A stretch of 64,000 nucleotides of DNA, taken from positions 310,001 to 374,000 of the forward strand of contig NIVC01000264.1 of assembly GCA_002269645.1 (NCBI GenBank), given 5' to 3'. Below the pieces are notes generated by a model. That model searched no databases, was not told the origin of the DNA, and was given only the letters and a program-made list of their open reading frames with translations. Shown one piece after another: positions 32,050 to 45,521 of the stretch. Both the position numbers and the translations under genes were made by a program. Each line of letters opens with the position of its first letter. Positions within the stretch are counted from its first letter, which is position 1. This DNA comes from Macrostomum lignano. Its lineage: Eukaryota.

Positions 32050-33215
32050 GGGTCTGGGATCTGGGATTCATATGGGAATCAATAGAGTCTGGGATCTGGG
32101 ATTCAGATGGGAATCAAAAGAGTCTGGGATCTGGGATTCATATGGGAATCAATAGAGTCTGGGATCTGGGATTCATATGGGAATCAATAGAGTCTGGGAT
32201 CTGGGATTTAGATGGGACTCAATAGAGTCTGGGATCTGGGATTCATATGGGAATCAATAGAGTCTGGGATCTGGGATTTAGATGGGACTCAATAGAGTCT
32301 GGGATCTGGGATTTAGATGGGACTCAATAGAGTCTGGGATCTGGGATTTAGATGGGACTCAATAGATTCTGGGATCTGGGATTCAGATGGGACTCAATAG
32401 AGTCTGGGATCTGGGATTCATATGGGAATCAATAGAATCTAGGATCTGGGATTCAGATGGGACTCAATAGAGTCTAGGATCTGGGATTCAGATGGGACTC
32501 AATCGAGTCTAGGATCTGGGATTCAGATGGGACTCAATAGAGTCTGGGATCTGGGATTCAGATGGGAATCAAAAGAGTCTGGGATCTGGGATTCATATGG
32601 TACTTAGTGAGTCTGTAATCTATTCTATATCTGAGACACGAAATAAACACAAGAGAAACAGTCACTAGTTATAAAAAACACGGACACAAGCCAAAAAGTA
32701 GGCGGTGCGGTTAAAAACACAGGTGTATTTTCAGAATGCAATTAAGTAGGGAAAAGTATATTATATTTTGCATGGGATTCAGATGGGACTCAATAGAGTC
32801 TGGGATTCATATGGGAATCAATAGAGTCTGGGATTCATATGGGAATCAATCGAGTCTAGGATCTGGGATTCAGATGGGACTCAATAGAGTCTGGGATTCA
32901 TATGGGAATCAATCGAGTCTAGGATCTGGGATTCAGATGGGACTCAATAGAGTCTGGGATCTGGGATTCAGATGGGACTCAATAGAGTCTAGGATCTGGG
33001 ATTCAGATGGGACTCAAAAGAGTCTGGGATCTGGGATTCATATGGTACTTAGTGAGTCTGTAATCTATTGTATATCCGAGACACGAAATAAACACAAGAG
33101 AAACAGTCACTAGTTATAAAAAACACGGAAACAAGCCAAAAAGTAGGCGGTGCGGTTAAAAACACAGGTGTATTTTCAGAATGCAATAAGTAGGGAAAAG
33201 TATATTATATTTTTG
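32050..33215. repeat. 35-bp minisatellite plus a duplicated 170-bp unique block upstream of AMPD
   Basis: CTGGGATCTGGGATTCAGATGGGACTCAATAGAGT units at 32050-32600 and 32775-33045. The unique block at 32600-32770 recurs at 33045-33215. Confidence 0.92.
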
Positions 33216-33659
33216 TATATTAAAAGCAGAAACAGATTTTTCAAATGCATTTCTAAAGGAGAAATTCTCGTCTCATGTCTGCTTTTACTCATGTCTGTCT
33301 CTGACTGAGTCGCTTTGACAAGCTCAAAATTTTACATTTACGAGTTGGTTCAAGTTGTCAGGTAGTGGAAGCGCCTAAAAATTAAGGTTTCGAGTTAAGT
33401 TTCGAACTCGCTAAACACCCCTCTGATATATTAATCTGGGATTTGTTTATTGTCACATATCTGTGAAACTAATGATATCTGCCTACTTATTCTCTAATGT
33501 TTGAGCCTATACGTAAAATATCCCCGTAATTATATTAATCCACAGATGTCCTGATCTAAAATGCAACTTGCTAAATTGGCAATACAGGAAATCAAGCCGA
33601 TAATCAGCACTGCAAAAGTGCAATAGAAGGTCGGCTCAGATAAACGCAGGTGACAAACA

Positions 33660-33662
33660 AAA

Positions 33663-33717
<55 letters not shown>

Positions 33718-33752
33718 CACAGACAGACAGACAGACACACAGACAGACAGAC

Positions 33753-33809
<57 letters not shown>

Positions 33810-33860
33810 CACAGACAGACACAAGTCACAGCTGATAAAAAGACAGACACACAGACAGAC

Positions 33861-33899
<39 letters not shown>

Positions 33900-33950
33900 C
33901 ACAGACAGACACAAGTCACAGCTGATAAAAAGACAGACACACAGACAGAC

Positions 33951-33993
<43 letters not shown>

Positions 33994-34020
33994 CACAGAC
34001 ACACAGACAGACACAGAAGT
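33660..34020. repeat. GACA-rich microsatellite with three embedded copies of AAGTCACAGCTGATAAAAA
   Basis: Direct inspection; higher-order period of about 90-100 bp. Confidence 0.9.
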
Positions 34021-34144
34021 CACAGCTGATAAAAAAAAATTACAACAAATAAAACTAAACAGTGAAGCTACTATCAGTAGCTAGATAGGCATTTCATAGT
34101 CCAAAAACCAATGATAAAAATTGGTTGAAAGCCGATCCGACTGA

Positions 34145-37100
34145 TCACCGCTGCTGCTGCTGCTTGGCGATGTACCGAGCCAGCAGCTCCGACCACCAGG
34201 TGCAGGCAGCGGCGGCGGCAGACTCTGACTCGTCCACAACCAGGCAGCCCTGCTCAATCAGCGACTCAGCCAAGTCGACCCCGGCAGCATCGCAGAGGGC
34301 CACTCGCCAGACTTCCGCCTCGTCAGCCGCAGAGCGTCCGGTTTCAACAGTCATCAGCCTGACTGTCCATTCCCGGCCGTCGTTGGCTCCGAGAGCGGCG
34401 CAGAGAGTCTGCGAGTGCGATGCGGCGAAGGCATCGGCGGTGCGCACGAGCGCCAGGCGGCAAGCGTGGGCGAACGGCGCCAGAGGCGGCGACTGCAGCT
34501 CGGCGGGCAGAGGCGCCAGCTCCGAAGTCGCGGTGGCTTCGTCGTTGCCGAAGTCAACGAAGCGCACGGTGAGGCTGCGACTGCCGGCCGGGTGGCGGTG
34601 CAGCAGCCGGGCCCGGTACCACTGGCCGTCCTGGGAGAATCTGGCCGCGAACAGGCCGCCTGAGGCGGGCGGATCGAAGCCGCCTGCAGGCACCGACTGC
34701 ATGGCCGCCTGGGTTAGGGAGGGGGATTGGAGTGGGGGTTTATAGCGCAATGATGTAAGAGGGATTATCATACAACCCTGGGGATTATCGTACGGGGATT
34801 ATCGCATGGGGATTATCGGGTTGGGATTATCGGGTAGGGATTATCGGGTAGGGATTATCGGGCAGGGATTATCAAGTGGGGATTATCGGGTAGGGATTAT
34901 CGGGTGGGGATCATCGGGTAGGGATTATCGGGTGGGGATTATCGAGTGGGGATTATCGGGTGGGGATTATAGCGTGGTGGCTATTCGTGAGTGAAGATTT
35001 TCGATTGGAGGTTACTGGTTAAAGATTATCGGGTGACAAGGATTAGAGGATGAGGGGGTGGGGATTACCAAGTGGGGATGCAGGGTAAAATTACAGAGTG
35101 GAACACTGGTTTGGAAATGCAGGAAATTAGGAGAACTATTTGAGAATTAAAAGTATGGAAAAAGAGGGAAAGCCATTTGAGAATATGATTCGAAAAAAGT
35201 GATTTATCAGCATTTCGAGATGGAAAAGTTAATTGCCAGAGCTAGGGGAATAATCTCAGAGGTCCCCCAGGTATCGCACTATACCTGCAGACTGGCGCTC
35301 ATCTGCTCGAACTGCTCGCCGTGCCGAGTCACCTGGATGAAAAACAGGCCGTCAGGCTTGACCTCGCTGATGCCGCAGATCTCCGACTGCGGCGGCTGGT
35401 CCGAGGCGGCCGCTTACAGATTGCATTGGAAACGCAGGGGGTGCGTGGGAGGGAATTAACGCTTTAGGTGGAACACAACCAGCGAGAGGCATTGCTGCCC
35501 GACTCCCCTGAGCAGGCACACAAGCGCGCGGATACGTACGCAGTCGTACGCACAGGCACACACTCACACAGGAGTGTACAGGGCCCTAACTTCATTTATC
35601 GTTAGGCATCTACAGTTCACTGTGTCAATTTCACGAGCAGAGCCAAGCCGAGATTCCAATTTAGCCTCAAATTAATGTGACTGCAACTTGGAATCGAGCC
35701 TGGGCCGCTGGCACATCAGAGCGCCGCGCTGGAACACTGGCTACTCGTTTATTGAGCCCCTATTTCCTAGAAATTCAGTCCTCAGGCTGTGATTTCACTG
35801 AACTATAAAAGCAAAAATCCTTACCTGTAGCGGTTGCACCTGCGGCAGGGGAAGCCACTAAATTCGCGCCAACGTTAGCTACGTTGCTAGGCAACGCCGG
35901 TAGTCGCTGAGCGAAACGCCGTTCGACAAGCACGTCGGCTAGCGAACGGCCGTCGGGCAGCTCCAGCTGGCCAATCAGATTGCCGCCAGAGTCGGAGCCG
36001 GTCACGGACACTCGGACATCCCGCTGGAGGCACAACTCCTTCACAAACCTGGCCGCCGCCTGCCAGCCGGGGTCGCCGCTGCCTCCGCTAAAGCCGGATT
36101 TTTGTTTCGAAGATGCCGGCGGCGGCTGCGGACACGCAACGCCGTCCAGACGAAAGCCGGCCAGAAGCGACCGGTCGGGCAGGTAAACGCGTAGGCGGCT
36201 GGCGCTGGCCACGAATTCCACTATGGCTGCCAGGCCGGGGCCTGCGGACTGCCACATGGACATATGGGGTGGGGAGATGTGAGATATGGGATGGGGAGAT
36301 GTGAGATATGGGGTGGGGAGATGTGAGATATGGGATGGGGAGATGTGAGATATGGGGTGGGGAGATGTGAGATATGGGGTGGGGAGATGTGACATATGGG
36401 GTGGGGAGATGTGAGATATGGGATGGGGAGATGTGAGATATAGGATGGGGAGATGTGAGATATGGGGTGGGGAGATGTGAGATATGGGGTGGGGAGATGT
36501 GAGATATGGGGTGGGGAGATGTGAGATATAGGATGGGGAGATGTGAGATATGGGATGGGGAGATGTGAGATATGGGGTGGGGAGATGTGAGATATGGGGT
36601 GGGGAGATGTGAGATATGGGGTGGGGAGATGTGAGATATGGGGTGGGGAGATGTGAGAGATGGGAGTGAGAGAGATGGGAGTGAGAGAGATGGGAGTGAG
36701 AGATGGTGGGAGTTGCTGAGATTCCAGGGCTCAAAGGGAGGGCGGCGCTGCAATTATAATACTCTTATGCTGAAAGCTTGATATCAGGGGCAATGCTCTG
36801 CTTCCAGCATCTTCATCTGTAAGAAACTAATGGAGAAACTAATGGAGAACATGCGAGTCTTTTCACGTTGCCTCGTCTGGCTTAGACTGATGAAAGAAAG
36901 AAACGCATAAGAAACTTATCCATGCGTATTAAATGCTAAGCTCTGAATGCACTCTAATGAACTCATAATGATTGGCTCATACTCTGGTGATCGCGAACTC
37001 ACCACGAGCTCGGGCAGGCGCCTGGCAGCCAGCTGCCCGCCCCGGCCAGCCAGATCCTGCACCCGTGGCGGCTGATGATCCCCAGCGGCGTGAACTCCCG

Positions 37101-40100
37101 CTCGGCGCTGGCGAGCGTCGGCCTCGGCGGCGCGCAGAGCCGCAGGCGCTTCGCCAGCGCCAGGTGCCAAATAGGCCAGGCCGGCGCGGAGCAGCGCCTC
37201 GGCTGGATCAGCTGATCGCGCCGGCTCGCCGACAATCCGCACCGAGGCGGCGAGGCCGGCGGACTGTCCGGCCGCTTCAATCCGGGCGGCGATCCGGCGG
37301 CCGAGCAGGCGGCGCCGCAGCAGCTCCCTGGCCTCCAGCAGGTGCGGCACTTCAAACAGCGGCCGATGCGGAGTCGGCGAGCCGGCTGGCGGCGCGGGCG
37401 GACGCAGATGCGCCAGTCGGAGCCGAACAAAGAGCTCGGCATGGAGCGGAGGATCGGGCCGGATCACCAGGCTGTCCCCGTTTCCGACCTCCACAACCGT
37501 GCCGTCAATCTGCTTGCCCGGCGCCAGGTGTCGTTGAAGGCTGTCGGCACTGCTGAGGCCAGAGGCCGGCTGCCGGGACCAGAGCCAGCGGCCGTCGGCC
37601 CGGGCGGAGGCCTCGGCGCGGCACAGGCTGTCGATGACGGAGGCGGCAGCGGTGACCAGGTCGCGACCGGCTTCCGAGCAGGACGGCGGCCGCTCCTCGC
37701 GGTGCCTGTAGAAAGGAATGCGCGGTTGCTTTTGCACTACTATTAGGACCAGATGTAAGTAGTATGATTAAGCATTTGACAAAATTTTGCCTTTGTCAAA
37801 AGTATGAACTTTACCTTTTAGACACCTTGTCAGCAGCCATCACTCACCTAGCGAGTGATACTCAATCCCAATGACACCTGGTCAGCAGCCCTGCTCACCT
37901 AGCGAGTGATGCTCAATCCTAATGACACCTGGTCAGCAGCCCTGCTCACCTAGCGAGTGATGCTCAATCCTAATGACACCTGGTCAGCAGCCATCACTCA
38001 CCTAGCGAGTGATGCTCAATCCCAATGACACCTGGTCAGCAGCCCTGCTCACCTAGCGAGTGATGCTCAATCCCAACGACACCTGGTCAGCAGCCCTGCT
38101 CACCTAGCGAGTGATGCTCAATCCCAATGACACCTGGTCAGCAGCCATCACTCACCTAGCGAGTGATACTCAATCCCAATGACACCTGGTCAGCAGCCAT
38201 CACTCACCTAGCGAGTGATACTCAATCCCAATGACACCTGGTCAGCAGCCCTGCTCACCTAGCGAGTGATGCTCAATCCCAATGACACCTGGTCAGCAGC
38301 CATCACTCACCTAGCGAGACCCCGCCGCACCAGCAGCTCGGAGATGAAGCCGCTGGGATGAGGCACCCAGCCGGCCAGACGCAGCTGGCCCCCAGCGCCG
38401 CAGTCAAAGGAGGCCTCGCACACGACCAGCCGCAGCCGCTTCTGCAGCAGGCGAGCCTCTACAAAGAAACGCGCCGCCTCGTGGCAGGGCTCGCCCGGCA
38501 ACGGGGCAGCAACGCCGTAGAGACGGAACGAAGCCAGGCCTGAGGAATGCTTCCAGTCTGCAAGCTGAATGCGCCAGCTAGCGGCGTCCTCCACCTCCTC
38601 TAGCACCGCGGACAGCACCTGAGATCGAGTGAGATCGGTCGATCGAATTCCTATTATGATCACATATTTCCTACTCTGATCACATCTTTCCTATTCTGAT
38701 CACATATTTCCTATTCTGATCACATCTTTCCTATTCTGATCTCATCTTTCCTATTCTGATCTCATCTTTCCTATTCTGATCACATATTTCCTATTCTGAT
38801 CACATATTTCCTATTCTGATCACATCTTTCCTATTCTGATCTCATCTTTCCTATTCTGATCACATCTTTCCTATTCTGATCTCATCTTTCCTATTCTGAT
38901 CACATCTTTCCTATTCTGATCACATCTTTCCTATTCTGATCACATCTTTCCTATTCTGATCACATCTTTCCTATTCTGATCACATCTTTCCTATTCTGAT
39001 CTCATTTTTCCAATTCTGATCTCATTGTTCCTATTCTGATCTCATCTTTCCTATTCTGATCTCATCTTTCCTATTCTGATCTCATCTTTCCTATTCTGAT
39101 CTCATCTTTCCTATTCTAATTTCATCTTTCCAATTCTGATCTCATTGTTCCTATTCTGATCTCATCTTTCCTATTCTGATCTCATCTTTCCTATTCTGAT
39201 CTCATCTTTCCAATTCTGATCTCATTGTTCCTATTCTGATCTCATCTTTCCTATTCTAATTTCATCTTTCTTATTCTGATCTCATCTTTCCAATTCTGAT
39301 CTCATTGTTCCTATTCTGATCTCATATTTCCTATTCTGATCTCATATTTCCTATTCTGATCTCATATTTCCAATTCTGATCTCATCTTTCCTATTCTGAT
39401 CTCATCTTTCCTATTCTGATCTCATATTTCCAATTCTGATCTCATCTTTCCTATTCTGATCTCATATTTCCAATTCTGATCTCATCTTTCCAATTCTGAT
39501 CTCATCTTTCCTATTCTGATCTCATATTTCCAATTCTGATCTCATCTTTCCTATTCTGATCTCATATTTCCAATTCTGATCTCATCTTTCCAATTCTGAT
39601 CACATCTTTCCTATTCTGATCTCATCTTTCCTATTCTGATCTCATCTTTCCTATTCTGATCTCATCTTTCTTATTCTGATCGCATTTTTCTTATTCTGAT
39701 CTCATCTTTCCTACTCTGATCACATCTTTCCTATTCTGATCTCATCTTTCCTATTCTGGTCTCATCTTTCGAGCTCTGATCTCATCTTTCTGACTCTAAT
39801 CCCACCCGTGACATCACATATATCTATGCTAAACTACCCTCCCTATCTATGACCTCATTCGAACTCAATTTAAAAACCCAATTAATGTTACGCAATGCAG
39901 AGTCGAATCTCTTCTAGACTGACCTGGCCAATACCTGGTGTTGCTGCAAAACAAGCAGACGGCGAACGGCCGCTCCCGCCGCCGCCGCCGCCCCAGACGC
40001 CACGTTTCGCGCGACGAGCTTCGCCCTCAGGCCCGGCCAAACGATGGCAGGTGGCCAAGGCCAATCCGGCTAGCACTAGCTCTGTATTAATGCTCATCCG

Positions 40101-43100
40101 GCAGCCGTCCGCGTCAGACAAGTACAGAGTGCCAGCAGCGGCGGCGGCGCCGGGCCCTTCGTCGTTATCCAAAGACAGAACGGCGTCTCTTGAAACTAAA
40201 CGTCGGCGTAGGTACTCGCGAGCGGCTGCGCAGGCCCAGTCAGAGTCTGGCGAGCGCAGGCCTGTCAAGTGGCAGCGCCATTCGGGTGGCGGGCAGCAGC
40301 TTTCGCGGTCCAGCCTGGCTCGAATTATCAACGAGTTGGCGGAGAGCACCTGAGTGGGGGTCGTTGGTTTGAATTTAAACTGTCGATCTCGACTATATAG
40401 ACACTGTTGTCTCATTGTGTTGTAATAAATAACTCTATTATTTTTATTCTATGGGCAGTATTGATTTTTTCATTTAGTAGATAATTTGTAAGTGTATTCT
40501 CCTGATGTTTCTACTGTTAGTAGGCTATACAAGCAATGTAAAGAGACATTCATTTGGTATAGTTGTATTGTACATTCTAATTTATCAATCTGGCAAGATT
40601 TTCATAGAAATTTTTCTATATCTGCCAATTTTCTCTACGTTGTGTAGCACTAAAAATTCATAAATTTGTAGAGGTCTGAGATGGGACAAAAAGTTTTACA
40701 CAGGATAAATATAAATTGAATGACTTGCTATTTGGAACCAAATGGATTAGTTCCTTTTTAATTAATAGATGGGTCTAAGTTAAGGCTATATTAGCCTCTT
40801 TGACTTCTTCAAAGACAAGGTTCAATATCTACTCCTAGATGGCTAGCAGCTCAAATGTGAGACTTAAAATACAAATGCAGGATTTTTTATATATCAATAC
40901 AGACTTTTCTTACTCAATAAATAAGCAATTTTATTGTTGCAAAATTTGATGATATATATGTCTTGCTTTTAAGTTGCTAGCCATCTAAGAGGAGATACAC
41001 ATTAAGCCCAGCCAGCTAGTCTACTCAGCTTTAGTAGATATAAGATTTAGTATAGATTTTAGTATATAGGATAGATGCTTATAAATTTATTATTCTATGA
41101 TAGCTCCCTTATAAGGCACTTTGCCTATAGTAAGTATTATTAAAGTAGCCATTTTATACTTGTTTGGTTAGAAAAATAAATAATAAATGTAAAAGAAAAT
41201 AAACATATATAATATAATATTTTTAATTGCTAGATATTTACAAATTCTTATTAAAATAACCTTATATCAAGGGTATAAGGAGAGGGGATTAGGGGATATA
41301 ATCCCCTAACAACAGCCAAAAAAATTTTTGAAGTCTGTTTTTCTCCTTACAAGCATCTTATCCCCCAACCAAAAAAATTCCATTTCAAGATGTGGCCTAT
41401 GCTCCCTCCCCCAAAGAAAATTTCTGGCTATATGCCTGCCTTACATGTACAACACCTAGCCAACCTGACCAATCTAGCTAGATAGAGGCTATTACAAAAT
41501 TGACCTTTTCCAAAAAACAATAAATTAAAAAGGAAAATAAGAGCAAAGCAAAAGAGAAGATGAAAGAGAACAGAAAGAAATAACAAACTGAAAAAAACAA
41601 TAAAAACTACAATTAGACTACTAAAGCTAGGCCTAACTAAGTTGCATTTTTGTTAAAACTAACTTTCTTAGCTAGTTTTAATTAGGGAGATTGTATTGTA
41701 TATATATATATATATTTATTAATGATAATAATATATTTTAAAACTTTAACATAATAAATAAAATGTTTGTTGTTGATAGGGCACCATTTTTGATATTTTT
41801 CATTTTGAAATTCATTATCATTAGATATGATTTATATTGAAATATAATCTATTATAATATTTTTATCTTATTTACTTGAATAAACTAAACTACAAACATA
41901 GCCATTCAGGTATTATATTATAGATAAATTATTTAAACAAATCTTACTGTCTTTTAATTCTTATTGCAATCTATCAATTGGTTAAAACTTAACAAAAAAA
42001 TCTTGCTCCATTTTTATGTCATTAGGCTAGGCCTAACTTCTATTTATAAACTTTTCTTATATCAACTTATTGTAATTGTGACAAATAAGGTGGAAAGATG
42101 GTTTGTATAGCAGTTAATTGGATAGTTCACAATTTAGACTTAGCAGATCAGCAAGCAGCTTTCACCCTTTAGTGTTACTTTGAATCATTATGCCTTGCAA
42201 AGATTGGGATTCAGTTGATTGGTTGGTGGGCTGAGGTAGGCGGCGGGAGAATTGAGGCAAGGAGGCCAGATAGCTAAGGGGTTTGCAAGCCTAGAGCGAG
42301 AAGCAAAGCAAAGAGAGCACAAAGGGAGAGAGTGGCTACTGACTGCAAGTATATATATTTAATTGGTAGGTAAACAGATAACAACACCCTTAATCCAAAA
42401 GCCAGACAAACCCCCCACACACAATGTACATGCACAAATTAATCAATAAAATATATTGTGCAAGAATATCATAATGCCAGTACATGTACATAGATGGAAC
42501 TACTTTATGAGAAATAATAATGATAGAATGAAAAACAAATAATAGAATAAATACATACGAGACTACAAAGAAACAAAGCATTTAATAGTAACATAAGCGT
42601 GATAATAATACATATAGGCCCCTAGAATATTGTTAAAATAAAATTAAAGAATACAAGTAGTACACTATGATGAATGCAAGATAAGGAAAATGGTACATAT
42701 ATACTTCTACAAACTACTGTCACATAATATTTTAGTGTTAATATTTGCCTTTGACTTTATATAATATAGACTTTCTAGTTTGTATTCTAAGAATAAAGAA
42801 GTCAAATCAAAGGCAAGGGCTTATTATTTAGCACTAAAGTCATGAAGATTTATAAAAAAAATACCTTGGCTTTATTACGCATGTCTGATGAATATTACTG
42901 ACCAAAATTTAGTTGGAAATTATTCAAATAGGGCCTAGCATGGAGCCATAAAAGAAACTTTACAATAAGTCTACAGTCGGAGTTATCTAAATCATTCATG
43001 CACAAGTTGTATGGAAAACTAATTGCACCAGTTAAGGCAAAAAATGAATACTAGCTGGCTTACCTGTTTAACAATTCCTGAAACTTGATTAATACCAACT

Positions 43101-43117
43101 TGATTAATATATGCCAT
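34145..43117 (-). CDS. SND1: Tudor staphylococcal nuclease (Tudor-SN/SND1)-like protein, divergent, about 868 aa, seven coding exons
   Basis: Exons 43117-43064, 40349-39924, 38618-38311, 37705-37003, 36248-35825, 35412-35285, 34708-34145 have consistent phases. SN1 GIVKQ|VLSANSLIIR...AREYLRRRL; SN2 EAARFFVEARLLQK...HPSGFISELLVRRGLAR; SN3 RPLFEVPHLLEARELLRRRLLG; SN4 AIVEFVASASRLRVYLP...KELCLQRDV; Tudor ARFSQDGQWYRAR...RFVDFGN. The exon-6 acceptor is a weaker AAG. Confidence 0.9.
34780..34970. repeat. 14-bp minisatellite in Tudor-SN intron 6
   Basis: GGGATTATCGGGTA units. Confidence 0.9.
36265..36710. repeat. 22-bp minisatellite in Tudor-SN intron 4
   Basis: GGGGAGATGTGAGATATGGGGT units; runs up to the acceptor at 36249. 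Confidence 0.94.
37820..38318. repeat. 51-bp tandem array containing the exon-3 splice donor of Tudor-SN
   Basis: Ten copies of CTCGCTAG|GTGAG (minus strand) at 51-bp spacing; the rightmost is the real donor at 38310. Confidence 0.95.
38650..39800. repeat. 20-bp minisatellite in Tudor-SN intron 2
   Basis: GATCTCATCTTTCCTATTCT units, about 57 copies. Confidence 0.95.
40826..40997. mobile_element. Decayed MITE-like inverted repeat
   Basis: Arms 40826-40863 and 40960-40997 are reverse complements at 31 of 38 positions around an AT-rich spacer; no TSD or family identified. Confidence 0.5.
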
Positions 43118-43606
43118 AAATGCTAAAAATTTTCAAATTAATTCTAAAAAACGAATGAGTAAAAACGCAAGCAAATGGAGCACGAATAAAGAGATAATAG
43201 TCTGACCCTTCAGTTAAGCAACAGCCATGTTTGTTTCAGTCGAATGATCCCATTCTGTTAGTGTGCAGCCAGAGCCAGGATCAGATCTTTAATGTTCGCT
43301 GATTCAGAGCGCGTAAATTCAAACAGAATTTTAAATCTTTGAAACGATAGTTACGCAAGAAAACAAACATGCTGCTGTGCACTCACCAATTTTAAAAACT
43401 AATATGCGAGAAAGAAATTTTTAATTAAGCAAAAATATTATTTTTACATCTGACTACTTAGCGAAGAAGAATTAACAATGCAACGTGTTATTGATATTTG
43501 CAGTTTTCTCTGGCAATACAATTTATTATTTTGGACGCATAGTTAAAATTTTATTTTTTTGAAAAAAAGCCTAATTATTACGAAGATAAAAGCTTGCGGA
43601 CAGAGT

Positions 43607-43642
<36 letters not shown>

Positions 43643-43643
43643 C

Positions 43644-43706
<63 letters not shown>

Positions 43707-43775
43707 TCTCACATACACAGAATTTAGTGTTGCGGACCACCTGAGCAGCGACATGCCCCTCTGATTCGCGGGAAT

Positions 43776-43856
43776 CCTATAAAAGCAGCGAAAAACAAGA
43801 CTGCATTTGGCATGCAAATCCACGGGTCAGAAGCAAATTGGGCGGGACGCCAATCG
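43776..43856 (+). promoter_or_regulatory. Promoter-like motif cluster upstream of Tudor-SN (TATAAAAG, octamer ATGCAAAT, GGGCGGGA, CCAAT)
   Basis: Four canonical motifs within 80 bp in a CpG-containing zone 5' of the Tudor-SN 5'-UTR donor at 43386. Confidence 0.45.
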
Positions 43857-44708
43857 ATAAAATCCCATATTGCCAGTGCTATACTGCCATGGGCTAAAAT
43901 CCTTTTCGTCTCTTTGATGTCTGTCTTTCGAGGGACAATATATTTATTGCCGCGGTAGCAAAACTGCTAATATTGTGCGTTCTGCCCGTGCAATGACTAT
44001 TCATGAGCTGGGTCTTCTGGGCCACTTTGGCTGCACTTTTTGCCTCGAGTAGGGAGGGAGGAATTCATGAATAAAAATGATTCCACAGAAAAATTGCATA
44101 AATTTAAAAGAAAAATTCAACGTTGGGCTTATAGATATCGAGCGGAAACAACTTTCAAATACTTTTGACCAGATTGTGAACAGAAAGCAGTACTGGTGTA
44201 GTGTCCTTGGCAAAGTGTGTCGGCAAAGTGTCATAAATGTGAGGAGAACAGTATGGCTTCATCTGCTTCAGTCAAGTTTTTTTTGAATAATAGAAAGAGG
44301 AAAAGGAGGAGACATGAAGAGAAGATGAAGCAGAGAAGAGTGGAAGAAGAGATGGCGGAGAGAAGAGCGGAAGAGGAAATAGAAGGCAAATAAAGAAATG
44401 AAGGTCAAAGAAAGCTCAAAACAGTTTCTACTTGGCAATGGCCAATTATACTTGACTTTGCGGAAGCTTATAAGTAAAGTGAAAGCAAACTGCATCCTAA
44501 GAAAGCCGATATCAAGCCATATCCGGCTGGCAGAGCTGCTAAACTTTTCTCCTCCGTTCTGATGAGGAATAATTGAGTCTGGGGAAGCGGCAAGCTGCTC
44601 TTCCAGGCAGTCAATCAACTTGGCATTATCTGGGGAACTCAGCCAGGCTGACCGGAGCAGAAAGCTGGTGCACTGGAGCTTCACTGGAGCATTTAGCTCG
44701 TACATGTA

Positions 44709-45521
<813 letters not shown>

